DNA from: Limisphaerales bacterium | Lineage (GTDB): Bacteria; Verrucomicrobiota; Verrucomicrobiia; Limisphaerales; UBA11358 | Assembly (NCBI GenBank): GCA_003161635.1 | Contig: PMOA01000060.1 | Location: 1 to 60,773 of the forward strand | Length of the DNA: 60,773 nt | Direction of reading: 5' to 3' | Shown: positions 39,673-48,725 of the stretch, in pieces | How positions within the stretch are numbered: position 1 is the first letter of the stretch | Layout of the letters: every line of letters begins with the position of its first letter | Notes under the pieces: model-generated | The model's database searches: none | Told to the model about the DNA's origin: nothing | What the model saw: only the letters and a program-made list of their open reading frames with translations | Made by a program: the position numbers and the translations under genes

Positions 39673-40977
39673 ATGCAACAGGTAAACCTTGGCATGATTG
39701 GCGGCGGCACCGTGGGCAGCGGCGTGTTTCACGCGCTCCAGCTCAACGGCGGCCTCATGGCCTCGCGCATCGGCGTCAAGGTCAACGTCCGCAAGGTCGC
39801 CGTGAAGGCCTTCAACGAGCCGCGACCGTACCCGATTTCGCGTTCGCTCATGACGACCGACTGGCAAAGCGTCGTCAACGACCCGCAGGTGGACATCGTC
39901 ACCGAACTCGTCGGCGGCACGGGCATTGCCCGGACGATGGTCCTGACCGCGCTCAAGCTCGGCAAGCCGGTCGTCACGGCTAACAAGGCGCTGCTGTCCG
40001 CGCACGGCGAAGAGCTGTTTGCCGCGGCCAAAAAATACGGCACGAATCTTTATTACGAGGCGAGCGTCTGCGGTGGCATTCCCATCATCAAATCGCTGCG
40101 CGAAGGTTTTGTCGGCAACCGCATCAACGCGCTGTACGGCATCGTCAACGGCACCTGCAATTACATCCTCACCCGGATGAAGCTGGAAGGCGCGGACTTC
40201 GCTGCCGTGCTCGCCGACGCGCAAAAGCACGGTTACGCCGAGACGCCGCCGGACCTGGACATTGACGGCCACGATGCCGCGCACAAGATCGGCATTCTTG
40301 CGTCACTGGCGCACGGTTTCTGGGTGAACCCGAAAAAAATCCACGTCGAGGGCATCCGGCAGATCAGCGCGCTCGACATCAAATTTGCCGGCGAACTGGG
40401 GTACACGATCAAACTTTTGGGAATCATCAAGCGGATCGGCGGCGGCTGCCAGGTGCAGGTTTCGGTTTACCCGACGCTCGTGCCAAACGCACATGTTCTC
40501 GCCAGTGTGAACCACGTCTTCAACGCCGTGTTTGTGCGCGGCGACATCGTCGGCGACACGTTGTTTTACGGACGCGGCGCCGGCAAGGACGCCACGGCGA
40601 GCGCGGTGTTGAGCGATTTGGCGGACGCGGCGCTGGACTTGAAGTCCGGCAGCAAACAACGCGTGCCGCCGTTTGTGCCGCACGAATGCGCTGGGGCGGT
40701 CGTGCCGATTGAAAACGTCGTGTCGCAGTATTTCCTCCGGCTCAACGTCGTGGACCGCCCGGGGACACTGGCGAAAATCGCCGCCATTTTCGGCGCGGCG
40801 AAAATCGGGATTTCATCCGTCATCCAGCCCGAAGGCCACGAAGGCAAAAGTGTGCCGCTGATTTTCATGCTGCATTACGCCACCAACGGCGCGGTAAACG
40901 GCGCCTTGAAAAAAATCGGCCGGCTGCCGGTCGTCAAAGGCAAACCGGTGATGCTGCGCGTGGAAAATTTTGAGTGA
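39673..40977 (+). CDS. hom: Homoserine dehydrogenase (with ACT domain)
   Basis: GGGTVG, VVTANKA, EASVCGGIP, NGTCNYIL, GRGAG. Confidence 0.97.
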   Translation: MQQVNLGMIGGGTVGSGVFHALQLNGGLMASRIGVKVNVRKVAVKAFNEPRPYPISRSLMTTDWQSVVNDPQVDIVTELVGGTGIARTMVLTALKLGKPVVTANKALLSAHGEELFAAAKKYGTNLYYEASVCGGIPIIKSLREGFVGNRINALYGIVNGTCNYILTRMKLEGADFAAVLADAQKHGYAETPPDLDIDGHDAAHKIGILASLAHGFWVNPKKIHVEGIRQISALDIKFAGELGYTIKLLGIIKRIGGGCQVQVSVYPTLVPNAHVLASVNHVFNAVFVRGDIVGDTLFYGRGAGKDATASAVLSDLADAALDLKSGSKQRVPPFVPHECAGAVVPIENVVSQYFLRLNVVDRPGTLAKIAAIFGAAKIGISSVIQPEGHEGKSVPLIFMLHYATNGAVNGALKKIGRLPVVKGKPVMLRVENFE

Positions 40978-41026
40978 CTTATATCGGCGAATTGCCTTTT
41001 GAAGTGAATTCAGCCATCTTAAAGAC

Positions 41027-41212
41027 ATGAGCGATAAGCAGCTTGCCTTGAAAACGATTGAGCGCCTGCCCGACGACGCGAGTTTGGATACCATCGCGCA
41101 GCGGTTGGAATTTGTTGCTGGAATTCGCAAGGGACTGGATCAAATCAAAAAGGGCGAGACCGTGCCGCACGAAGAGGTCAAACGCCAACTGGCGACATGG
41201 CTTTCAAAATAA
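41027..41212 (+). CDS. Putative type II antitoxin
   Basis: 61 aa, LPDDA..I..I.KGL..I.KG..VPHEEVK; overlaps toxin gene. Confidence 0.8.
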   Translation: MSDKQLALKTIERLPDDASLDTIAQRLEFVAGIRKGLDQIKKGETVPHEEVKRQLATWLSK

Positions 41213-41511
41213 TCTGGTCGCAGCAGGCGCGGGAGGATTTACGGGACATCGTGACTTTCATTGCTCTCGACAATCCGACCGCCGCCGAGTCTTTTGGATA
41301 TTTGCTGATGACGAAGGTGGATGCGCTGGCGCAATTTCCACGATTGGGACGGGCGGTGCCGGAAGAAAATGATGAAGATATTCGTGAAATCATCTTTCGC
41401 TCTTATCGGATTGTTTATCAGGTGATTGAGAAACAGCAGGTTGTGGCTATCGCGCGGGTCTGGCACGGTGCGCGGGGCGAGCCTGAAATTCCTGAGCAAC
41501 TGAATTTTTAA
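41197..41511 (+). CDS. RelE/ParE-family toxin
   Basis: IIWS..A..DL..I, FP..GR.VPE, YRIVY, RVWHGAR. Confidence 0.9.
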   Translation: MAFKIIWSQQAREDLRDIVTFIALDNPTAAESFGYLLMTKVDALAQFPRLGRAVPEENDEDIREIIFRSYRIVYQVIEKQQVVAIARVWHGARGEPEIPEQLNF

Positions 41512-41513
41512 TC

Positions 41514-42734
41514 ATGTTGATCGTTCAAAAATACGGTGGCACTTCGGTGGGCAACACCGACCGCATCAAAAACGTCGCGGCGCGCGTGGCAAAATATCGC
41601 ACGCAGGGCGACCAGGTCGTCGTCGTTGTCTCCGCCATGAGCGGCGTGACGGATAATTTGATCAAGCTGGCCAAGGAAATCATGCCGCTGCCGAATGAAC
41701 GCGAGATGGACGTGCTGCTCGCGACCGGCGAACAGCAGACCATCGCGCTCACGGCCATGGCGCTGCACGCGCTGAACGTGCCCGCGGTATCGCTCACCGG
41801 CGCGCAAGCGGGCATCGTCACCGACGTGGTCCATACCAAGGCCAGGATTCACAACATCACGCCGAAGAAAGTCCACGAGCTTTTGAAGCAGGGCAACGTC
41901 GTCATCGTCGCCGGCTTCCAGGGCGAGACGCCCGAAGGCCAGATCACGACGCTGGGGCGCGGCGGTTCGGATTTGACGGCCATTGCGCTCGCTGCCGCGC
42001 TCAAGGCCAATCTTTGCCAGATTTATACGGACGTGGACGGCGTCTATACCGCCGACCCGCGCATCGTGCCGACCGCGAAGAAGCTGCAGGAGATTTCCTA
42101 CGACGAAATGCTCGAACTGGCGAGCCTCGGCGCCAAGGTGATGCAGTCGCGCTCGGTTGAATTTGCCAAAAAATTTGGAGTGGTTTTTGAAGTCCGCTCC
42201 AGTTTGAACAACAACCCCGGAACCATTGTGAAAGAAGAAACCAAAAGCATGGAAGGCGTCGTTGTGCGCGGCGTCTCGCTCGACAAAAACCAGGCCAAAG
42301 TCACGCTCGTCGGCGTGCCCGACAAACCCGGCGTGGCCGCGCGCATTTTCAAGGCGCTCGGTGACGCGGCGGTCAATGTGGACATGATCGTGCAAAACGT
42401 CAGCCATGGCAGCCCCGACAAAGTCGGGGCGACCGACCTTTCGTTCACCATGGACAAGCCGGATTTGCTCAAGGCGCAGAAGGTCATTGACCGACTGAAA
42501 AAGGAAATCGGCCTGCGCGACGTGATCACCGCCGAAAAAATCGGCAAGTTGTCCATCGTCGGCGTCGGCATGAAGAGCCACACGGGCGTGGCGGGAAAAC
42601 TGTTTGAAACGCTGGCCAGGGAAGGCGTGAACATTGACATGATTTCCACCAGCGAAATCAAAATCTCCGTTGTCATTGATCTGGCCAAGGGCGAAGCCGC
42701 GATGAAGGCCGTCCACGCGGCGTTTATCGGGTAG
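41514..42734 (+). CDS. lysC: Aspartate kinase
   Basis: VQKYGGTS, TTLGRGGSD, TDVDGVYTADPR, two ACT domains. Confidence 0.97.
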   Translation: MLIVQKYGGTSVGNTDRIKNVAARVAKYRTQGDQVVVVVSAMSGVTDNLIKLAKEIMPLPNEREMDVLLATGEQQTIALTAMALHALNVPAVSLTGAQAGIVTDVVHTKARIHNITPKKVHELLKQGNVVIVAGFQGETPEGQITTLGRGGSDLTAIALAAALKANLCQIYTDVDGVYTADPRIVPTAKKLQEISYDEMLELASLGAKVMQSRSVEFAKKFGVVFEVRSSLNNNPGTIVKEETKSMEGVVVRGVSLDKNQAKVTLVGVPDKPGVAARIFKALGDAAVNVDMIVQNVSHGSPDKVGATDLSFTMDKPDLLKAQKVIDRLKKEIGLRDVITAEKIGKLSIVGVGMKSHTGVAGKLFETLAREGVNIDMISTSEIKISVVIDLAKGEAAMKAVHAAFIG

Positions 42735-42783
42735 AGAGCCGGACGGAACAATTGCCGTCAGCACTTCCTGCCCCGGCGGCTCG

Positions 42784-43440
42784 TTATTTCGGCTCGATGG
42801 CAATCACCCACAGGTCCGTTTTGCCCAGGTTGTGGCCGATGTGGGTCGTGGCGCGCCGCCAGGCGATCTCGCCGGTTTTCAAGGTGGCGTTTTCCTTCCG
42901 GCCATCCGGCAGGACGTGCTCCAGTTCCGCGCCCGAGAGGCAAATTATGACGCGGTCGTGATGGCGGTGCAGCGGCTCGCTCTTTCCCGCCGCCATTTGA
43001 ATGTCGTAAACCCGCCCATACTGGTTCTCGAAGATTACTTTGTAATTCGGAGCAAGGCCGGCAGGACCCCACGTCTCCGAACTGCCCTTCCCGAGGTATT
43101 CGGTCCAAACGACCCACAGGGCCACAGAACCGGCGTTCTTCATGGTTCCAGACTGTGGCGGCTGAAAAATAACATCGCCACGCTTGACGGCTTCCGTCCG
43201 GGACTTTCCTTGGGACGGGGTTGTTTCAACCGATCCGGCGTCGAGATAGACCACGACGCCGGCGCGTTCACCCGGCAAAGACAGGGCCTCGCCCGGCGCC
43301 AGGGTTTGCTCCACAACCAGCACCTTGTCATTACGAACCTTTTCGGTCTGGTCGCCCCCTGGCACAACCGTGGCGGGAAGCAAAATCAAGGCAAGTCCGC
43401 AAAACCAGCTTTGAGAAGTTCCGGGTATCCATGCTCTCAT
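42784..43440 (-). CDS. Exported bicupin-like protein
   Basis: Signal-like N-terminus, two cupin-like halves, HRH motif, IEPK end. Confidence 0.7.
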   Translation of the reverse strand: MRAWIPGTSQSWFCGLALILLPATVVPGGDQTEKVRNDKVLVVEQTLAPGEALSLPGERAGVVVYLDAGSVETTPSQGKSRTEAVKRGDVIFQPPQSGTMKNAGSVALWVVWTEYLGKGSSETWGPAGLAPNYKVIFENQYGRVYDIQMAAGKSEPLHRHHDRVIICLSGAELEHVLPDGRKENATLKTGEIAWRRATTHIGHNLGKTDLWVIAIEPK

Positions 43441-43562
43441 GCAGGCAAGGTTAGTGAGCCCGGCTGTCTTCGTCGAGCATGACCTTCCTAACCGTAATGT
43501 TCCCAGATGCGCGTCGCCGGCACACTCCGACAGATTCCCGAAAGACGCAGATTAAAAACCAT

Positions 43563-43591
43563 TTGACGTGACCGGATGTGATGGTTACCTT
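43563..43591 (+). promoter_or_regulatory. Sigma70-type promoter of the leuA leader
   Basis: TTGACG-N17-TACCTT. Confidence 0.6.
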
Positions 43592-43597
43592 GCCGTC

Positions 43598-43669
43598 GTG
43601 AATCGTAATTTGAATCTGAACCTGTTGCTGAACGCGCGGCGGTTGCGCCGCGCGGCGGTCGGGTTCTGA
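43598..43669 (+). CDS. Leucine attenuator leader peptide MNRNLNLNLLLNARRLRRAAVGF
   Basis: 6 Leu in 23 codons including CTG-TTG-CTG, upstream of a terminator and leuA. Confidence 0.85.
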   Translation: MNRNLNLNLLLNARRLRRAAVGF

Positions 43670-43689
43670 TTGCGTCACGAAATTTATCG

Positions 43690-43727
43690 AACCCCACTGC
43701 CAAACGGCGGTGGGGGTTTTTGTTTTT
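43690..43727 (+). terminator. Attenuator terminator
   Basis: CCCCACTGCC-AAAC-GGCGGTGGGG followed by GTTTTTGTTTTT; 5' arm can alternatively pair with GCGGTCGGGTTC in the leader. Confidence 0.85.
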
Positions 43728-43950
43728 AACCACGAATGAACACGGATAAACACGGATGGCAAAAGCTGAAGCTGGCGGAGCGCGGCTGTGTCCCGCAAAG
43801 CGGGATCAGCCGCAGCGCGGCCGCTTACAGAGAAGTCTCACGCAAGTTCCAACACTTTAACCGTAGCGTGGCTGCTGCGACTGGTGCTGCGCACACAGTC
43901 GCGCTCCGGCGGCGCATTTTATCCGTGTCCATCCGTGTTTATCCGTGGTT
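43728..43950. repeat. Nested repeat element in the leuA 5' UTR
   Basis: (ACACGGATAA)-type tandem arms in inverted orientation enclosing a GGAGCGCGGC...GTCGCGCTCC REP doublet. Confidence 0.75.
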
Positions 43951-43973
43951 TAATTCGGTCAACGTCTGAGTTT

Positions 43974-45629
43974 ATGCACAAACAACCGTCGAAAAAATAT
44001 CGTCCGTTCCCGCCGGTCAGCCTGCCCGACCGGCAGTGGCCCAACCGTGTCCTCAAGCACGCGCCCATCTGGTGCAGTGTGGATTTGCGCGACGGCAATC
44101 AGGCGCTCGCCGTACCGATGAACGTCGGCCAGAAACTTGAGTTGTTCCAGACGCTTGTGAAATGCGGCTTCAAGGAAATCGAAATCGGCTTTCCGGCCGC
44201 ATCGAATACCGAGTTCGCATTCAACCGCCGGCTCATCGAGGAAAAACGCGCGCCGGACGACGTGTGGCTCCAGGTGCTCGTGCAGGCGCGTGAAGATTTG
44301 ATTGAGCGCACTGTTGAATCGCTTGTCGGCGCGAAGAAGGCCATTATTCATCTTTACAACTCGACCTCCCCCGCCCAACGCCGCGTCGTGTTCGGCAAAT
44401 CGAAGGAGGAAATCGTCGGGGTCGCCGTGCGCGGCGCGCAATGGATCAAAGACCGGTTGCCGCGCCTCAAAGGCACGGAAGTCATGCTCCAGTATTCGCC
44501 GGAAAGTTTCAGCGCGACGGAAGTTGAATTTGCGAAGGAAATTTCCGAAGCGGTCATGGATGTGTGGCAGCCGGCGCCAAAGCGGAAAATGATTTTGAAT
44601 CTGCCGGATACCGTCGAGGTCGCCATGCCGAACGTTTATGCCGACCAGATTGAATGGATTTGCCGGAACATCAAAAACCGCGGGTCACTCATCATCAGTT
44701 TGCACACGCACAATGACCGTTGCACTGGCGTGGCGGCGACGGAACTCGGCCTGCTCGCGGGCGCGGACCGCGTCGAAGGCACGCTCTTCGGCAACGGCGA
44801 GCGCACGGGCAATCTCGACATCGTCACCGTGGCATTGAACCTTTACCAGCACGGCATTGATCCGAAGCTGGATTTCAAGGACCTCAATTCCATCATTGAC
44901 GTTTATGAGCGTTGCACAGGCATGACCGTGCCAGCGCGCCAGCCTTATGCGGGCGAACTAGTCTTCACCGCGTTCAGCGGTTCGCATCAGGACGCCATCA
45001 GAAAAGGTTTGAACGAGTGGAAGAGCGACCGCCGCGAATACTGGGACGTGCCCTATCTTACGATTGATCCGACGGACATCGGGCGCGAATACCGCGAGGT
45101 CATCCGCGTCAACAGCCAGTCCGGCAAAGGCGGCGTGGCGTATTTGCTCGAAAGCGAATTCGGCATCGAATTACCGAAGGACATGCAGCGTGAGTTTGGG
45201 CCGATCGCAAACGACGAGGTGGACAAGCTCGGCCGCGAAGTTTCCGGCACGGAGTTGAAGAAGATGTTCTGGAAAGAATACATTGACCGCACTTCGCCGT
45301 GGGAATATGTCAGCTTCAAAACTGAAAGCGAAAATGGACAAGTGCGCTGTCGCGGGAAATTCGCTCATGCTGGCGGACCAGCCGCAGAATTTTCCGGCGA
45401 AGGCAACGGCCCGCTGGCCGCTCTCGTTCACGGATTCGGAACAATCGGGGTGCGTTTCGAAATTGCAAATTACAGCGAGCACGCCTTGAGTTCCGGCGAA
45501 GAGGCCATTGCGATTGCTTACATTCAAATCAAGCACGCCGACGGCAAGTCGCGCTGGGGCGCGGGTGTGGACACGAACATCGAGCTCGCGTCCGTGCGTG
45601 CCGTGCTCAGCGCGTTGAACCGGTCGTAA
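43974..45629 (+). CDS. leuA: 2-isopropylmalate synthase (yeast/actinobacterial type)
   Basis: WCSVDLRDGNQAL, YSPESF, LHTHNDR, GNGERTGN, IRVNSQSGKGG. Confidence 0.97.
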   Translation: MHKQPSKKYRPFPPVSLPDRQWPNRVLKHAPIWCSVDLRDGNQALAVPMNVGQKLELFQTLVKCGFKEIEIGFPAASNTEFAFNRRLIEEKRAPDDVWLQVLVQAREDLIERTVESLVGAKKAIIHLYNSTSPAQRRVVFGKSKEEIVGVAVRGAQWIKDRLPRLKGTEVMLQYSPESFSATEVEFAKEISEAVMDVWQPAPKRKMILNLPDTVEVAMPNVYADQIEWICRNIKNRGSLIISLHTHNDRCTGVAATELGLLAGADRVEGTLFGNGERTGNLDIVTVALNLYQHGIDPKLDFKDLNSIIDVYERCTGMTVPARQPYAGELVFTAFSGSHQDAIRKGLNEWKSDRREYWDVPYLTIDPTDIGREYREVIRVNSQSGKGGVAYLLESEFGIELPKDMQREFGPIANDEVDKLGREVSGTELKKMFWKEYIDRTSPWEYVSFKTESENGQVRCRGKFAHAGGPAAEFSGEGNGPLAALVHGFGTIGVRFEIANYSEHALSSGEEAIAIAYIQIKHADGKSRWGAGVDTNIELASVRAVLSALNRS

Positions 45630-45636
45630 TCAAATG

Positions 45637-45688
45637 ACACGCTAAAGCGTGGACACCAAACGTTTGGTGTCCACCCTTCAGGGTGTTC
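45637..45688. repeat. REP units downstream of leuA
   Basis: ACACGCTAAAGCGTGGACACCAAAC-GTTTGGTGTCCACC; related to the gcvP insert at 56635-56695. Confidence 0.7.
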
Positions 45689-45802
45689 GGACAGGAAAGG
45701 AAACCGCCTGCATGCGACACCAGCCAGCGGCACTATGTTTTGTAACCAAGCTATTTCCCGCTCGTCAAATAGGGACGAATGGTTTAGTTTCCAGACCCGA
45801 CT

Positions 45803-46798
45803 ATGAAATTACGGCGCGCTTTTGTTTGCGGAATCGCGGGCATCGTTCTTGCCGGCGGAAGGCTTTTTGCGGCGGACAGCAATCCCACCAACGCGGTGGC
45901 GACCACTGCGGCGGTTTATGTGCCGGACACCTCTCATCAAAACGACCCGTTGCCCGATGGCGTGCTGGCTTGGGATGAGCTGACGAAGGAGACCACGGTG
46001 GCGGCGGATGCCGGCAATGCCAGTTTTGTTTTCAGCTTCACCAACATAGCAACGGTTCATGAAACCGCCTTGGTCACCAACGTCACGACCATCACCAACA
46101 TCACGGCAGCCACCAATTCGTTTTATTTCTGGTTCAAAAAAATTTCCTTCGTCACCAACTTTTCCACGGCCACCAGCATCACGACGAACAACGTTACCAA
46201 GCCGGTTCCCGTGGCCATTCTGGAAGTTCATCCGTCCTGCGGTTGCACGACGGCACAATTGCCGCCGTTGCCCTGGATTATTCCCGCCGGCACCAACGGA
46301 CAGTTTGGCCTCACAGTCAACCTGGCTGGAAGAACCGGAATGCAGGTCAAAACGGTCAATGTCAGGACCGACAAGGGCTACAAACAGCTCATCCTCAAAA
46401 TCACCATTCTGCCGCCGGTGGTTCCAACCCAATCCGATGCCGACCGCGCGCGTGCCCTGGAAATGGCCAAAGCCGACCGGCAGGCGGTTTTTCGCGGCGA
46501 TTGCGCGACCTGCCACGTCAAACCCGGCGAGGGCAAATACAGCAAGACACTTTACGACGCTGTCTGCGGCATCTGCCATGAATCCAAAACACGCGCCAGC
46601 ATGGTCACGGATTTGCACAACATTAAAACTCCGACCAATATGGATTTCTGGCAAACCTGGATTGCGCATGGCCGGGCCGGCTCGCTCATGCCCGCGTTTT
46701 CCACCGCCGATGGCGGTCCGCTCTCGGAAATGCAAATCGCCTCCCTCGCCGGTTATCTGAACATGACGATTCCTTCGCAACTCCCTGCAAATAAATAA
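45803..46798 (+). CDS. Exported DUF1573-like Ig domain + cytochrome c protein
   Basis: Signal peptide, PSCGCT, CATCH and CGICH, SLMPAF. Confidence 0.8.
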   Translation: MKLRRAFVCGIAGIVLAGGRLFAADSNPTNAVATTAAVYVPDTSHQNDPLPDGVLAWDELTKETTVAADAGNASFVFSFTNIATVHETALVTNVTTITNITAATNSFYFWFKKISFVTNFSTATSITTNNVTKPVPVAILEVHPSCGCTTAQLPPLPWIIPAGTNGQFGLTVNLAGRTGMQVKTVNVRTDKGYKQLILKITILPPVVPTQSDADRARALEMAKADRQAVFRGDCATCHVKPGEGKYSKTLYDAVCGICHESKTRASMVTDLHNIKTPTNMDFWQTWIAHGRAGSLMPAFSTADGGPLSEMQIASLAGYLNMTIPSQLPANK

Positions 46799-46933
46799 CT
46801 AAACTCGGATTCCAGCGGGGAATTTGATTTTTTTTGATTTTTTTGTTGTCAACTTGGACATTATTGTCTATATTCTGGACAGTTTGTTACGAAAATTCAG
46901 TTTTTATGATGTAAAATGTAGGAATGGAGGCTT

Positions 46934-47506
46934 ATGGCTGTTTCAGCGCAATTAAGACCAGACACCGGCTCCAGACTTTTTTTTGTGAAAGATCATGTCT
47001 GCCAAATATCGTGGTCTGGATTTTTCCGACAATGCTGGGCTCTGATAATTTTGGCGGTCTTGGGTACATTGAGCTATCTGTTGATCAGCCGTTTCATCGG
47101 CCAGTTCGTCCAAGTGCAAGGCTCCAGCATGTATCCCACCCTGACCGACTCGGGACGTTATTGGTTGAACCGGTTCTCCTATGTCATAAGCGAGCCGCGA
47201 CAAAACGACATCGTCGCGTTGAAAGACCCGCGCGATAATACACTTGAGGTCAAACGCATCATCGCCATGCCGGGACAATGGGTTGGTCTCAAAGACGGCA
47301 GGGTTTATGTCAATGGCAAGCTGTTGAATGAACCGTATCTCCTGGCCAAAACACCGACCTATGCCTACGAAAGGAATGCGAACGAGTTCATTTGCATCGG
47401 CAATGACAAATTCTTCGTCATGGGCGACAATCGCAACAACAGCATGGATAGCCGCACCTTCGGAGCCGTCCCGCGTCAAAACATCATCGGCAAGGTGATC
47501 GAATAG
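46934..47506 (+). CDS. lepB: Signal peptidase I
   Basis: SSMYPTL, VKRIIA, GDNRNNSMDSR. Confidence 0.93.
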   Translation: MAVSAQLRPDTGSRLFFVKDHVCQISWSGFFRQCWALIILAVLGTLSYLLISRFIGQFVQVQGSSMYPTLTDSGRYWLNRFSYVISEPRQNDIVALKDPRDNTLEVKRIIAMPGQWVGLKDGRVYVNGKLLNEPYLLAKTPTYAYERNANEFICIGNDKFFVMGDNRNNSMDSRTFGAVPRQNIIGKVIE

Positions 47507-47594
47507 CGCGTTGCCCGCCGGCCGGTTCGCACCCGGCGCCGGATCCGGCGAGTCACCGCTTGCGTTAATCGCCTGCGGGGCTAACCTGTCAACC

Positions 47595-48704
47595 ATGATG
47601 GTAAAACTGGTTGACGCAAACCCTCGATCACAAATCGCCCGGCTCGGCGAACGGATTTTAAATAGCGGCCAGATTTCCCGCGACGAGGCGCGGTCGTTGT
47701 TTAATCTCGAAAACTCCGCCGACATTTTCGATTTGCTGTCCTGGGCCAACCGCATCCGCGAAAAATTCAAGGGCAACAAAATTCATCTCTGCTCCATCGT
47801 CAATGCCAAGGCCGGAGCCTGCTCGGAAAATTGCAGTTTTTGCGCGCAATCGTCGTTTTACCAGACCGGCTCGCCCAAATACGGCTTCGTGGATCCCGAA
47901 CCCGTTGCCGAAGCCGCGGATGAAGCCAGCAAAAATGGTGTCACCGCCGTCGGGCTCGTCGCCGCGTGGAAAGGCCTCAACGAAGGCCCGCTGCTCGATG
48001 AGGTTTGCGCCCGTGTGCGCGAGTTGAAAGCCGGCGGCAAAACGCGTCCCGACGTCTCGCTCGGCATCATCAAAAGCCAGCGCGTTGCCGACCGGCTCAA
48101 GGAAGCCGGCGTCGAGTGTTACGGCCACAATCTCGAAAGTTCGCGCCGGTTTTTCCCGCAGACCTGCACGACGCACACCTACGACGACCGCTTGGAGACC
48201 ATCGGTTATTTGAAAAAGGCCGGCATCAAGATTTGTTCCGGCGGCATCATCGGCATGGGCGAGACGCGCGAAGACCGCTGCGACCTCGCGTTTTCGCTCA
48301 AGGAAATCGGCGCAAACGTCGTGCCGGTTAACATCCTCAACCCGATTCCCGGCACGCCATTTGAAAAAAACGAGCCGCTTTCGGTCATGGAAATTTTGAA
48401 GACCATTGCCTGCTTCCGGTTCATTTTGCCGCGACAGGAAATCATGATCGCCGGCGGACGGACGGTGAATCTGCGCGACGCGCAAAGCCTGATTTTCATG
48501 GCCGGCGCGAGCGCGATGATGGTCGGCAATTATCTCACCACGCTCAACCAGCCGGTTGAGAAGGACTTGCAAATGCTCAAAGACCTCGGCCTCGATCCGA
48601 GCTGGGACAAACACGGCTTCAGCGACCAGGAAGAAACCCCGATGCATCGGGACTGCGGAAAAGATAATTGCGAAACGGAAGCCGAACTAGCGATCGCGAA
48701 ATAG
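47595..48704 (+). CDS. bioB: Biotin synthase
   Basis: CSENCSFCAQS, HNLE, CSGGIIGMGET, AGGR, VGNYLTT. Confidence 0.96.
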   Translation: MMVKLVDANPRSQIARLGERILNSGQISRDEARSLFNLENSADIFDLLSWANRIREKFKGNKIHLCSIVNAKAGACSENCSFCAQSSFYQTGSPKYGFVDPEPVAEAADEASKNGVTAVGLVAAWKGLNEGPLLDEVCARVRELKAGGKTRPDVSLGIIKSQRVADRLKEAGVECYGHNLESSRRFFPQTCTTHTYDDRLETIGYLKKAGIKICSGGIIGMGETREDRCDLAFSLKEIGANVVPVNILNPIPGTPFEKNEPLSVMEILKTIACFRFILPRQEIMIAGGRTVNLRDAQSLIFMAGASAMMVGNYLTTLNQPVEKDLQMLKDLGLDPSWDKHGFSDQEETPMHRDCGKDNCETEAELAIAK

Positions 48705-48725
48705 TAACCGCGAACCACACGAAAC

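Noticed and set aside
43728-43950. CRISPR-like array
   Set aside because: Units are ~10-nt tandem repeats in inverted arms with no unique spacers; no cas genes
43788-43973. N-terminal extensions in the ORF track (leuA, also fmt, hom, bioB, MFS, DoxX, GH105)
   Set aside because: They run through repeats or neighbouring genes; family similarity begins at the downstream starts used here
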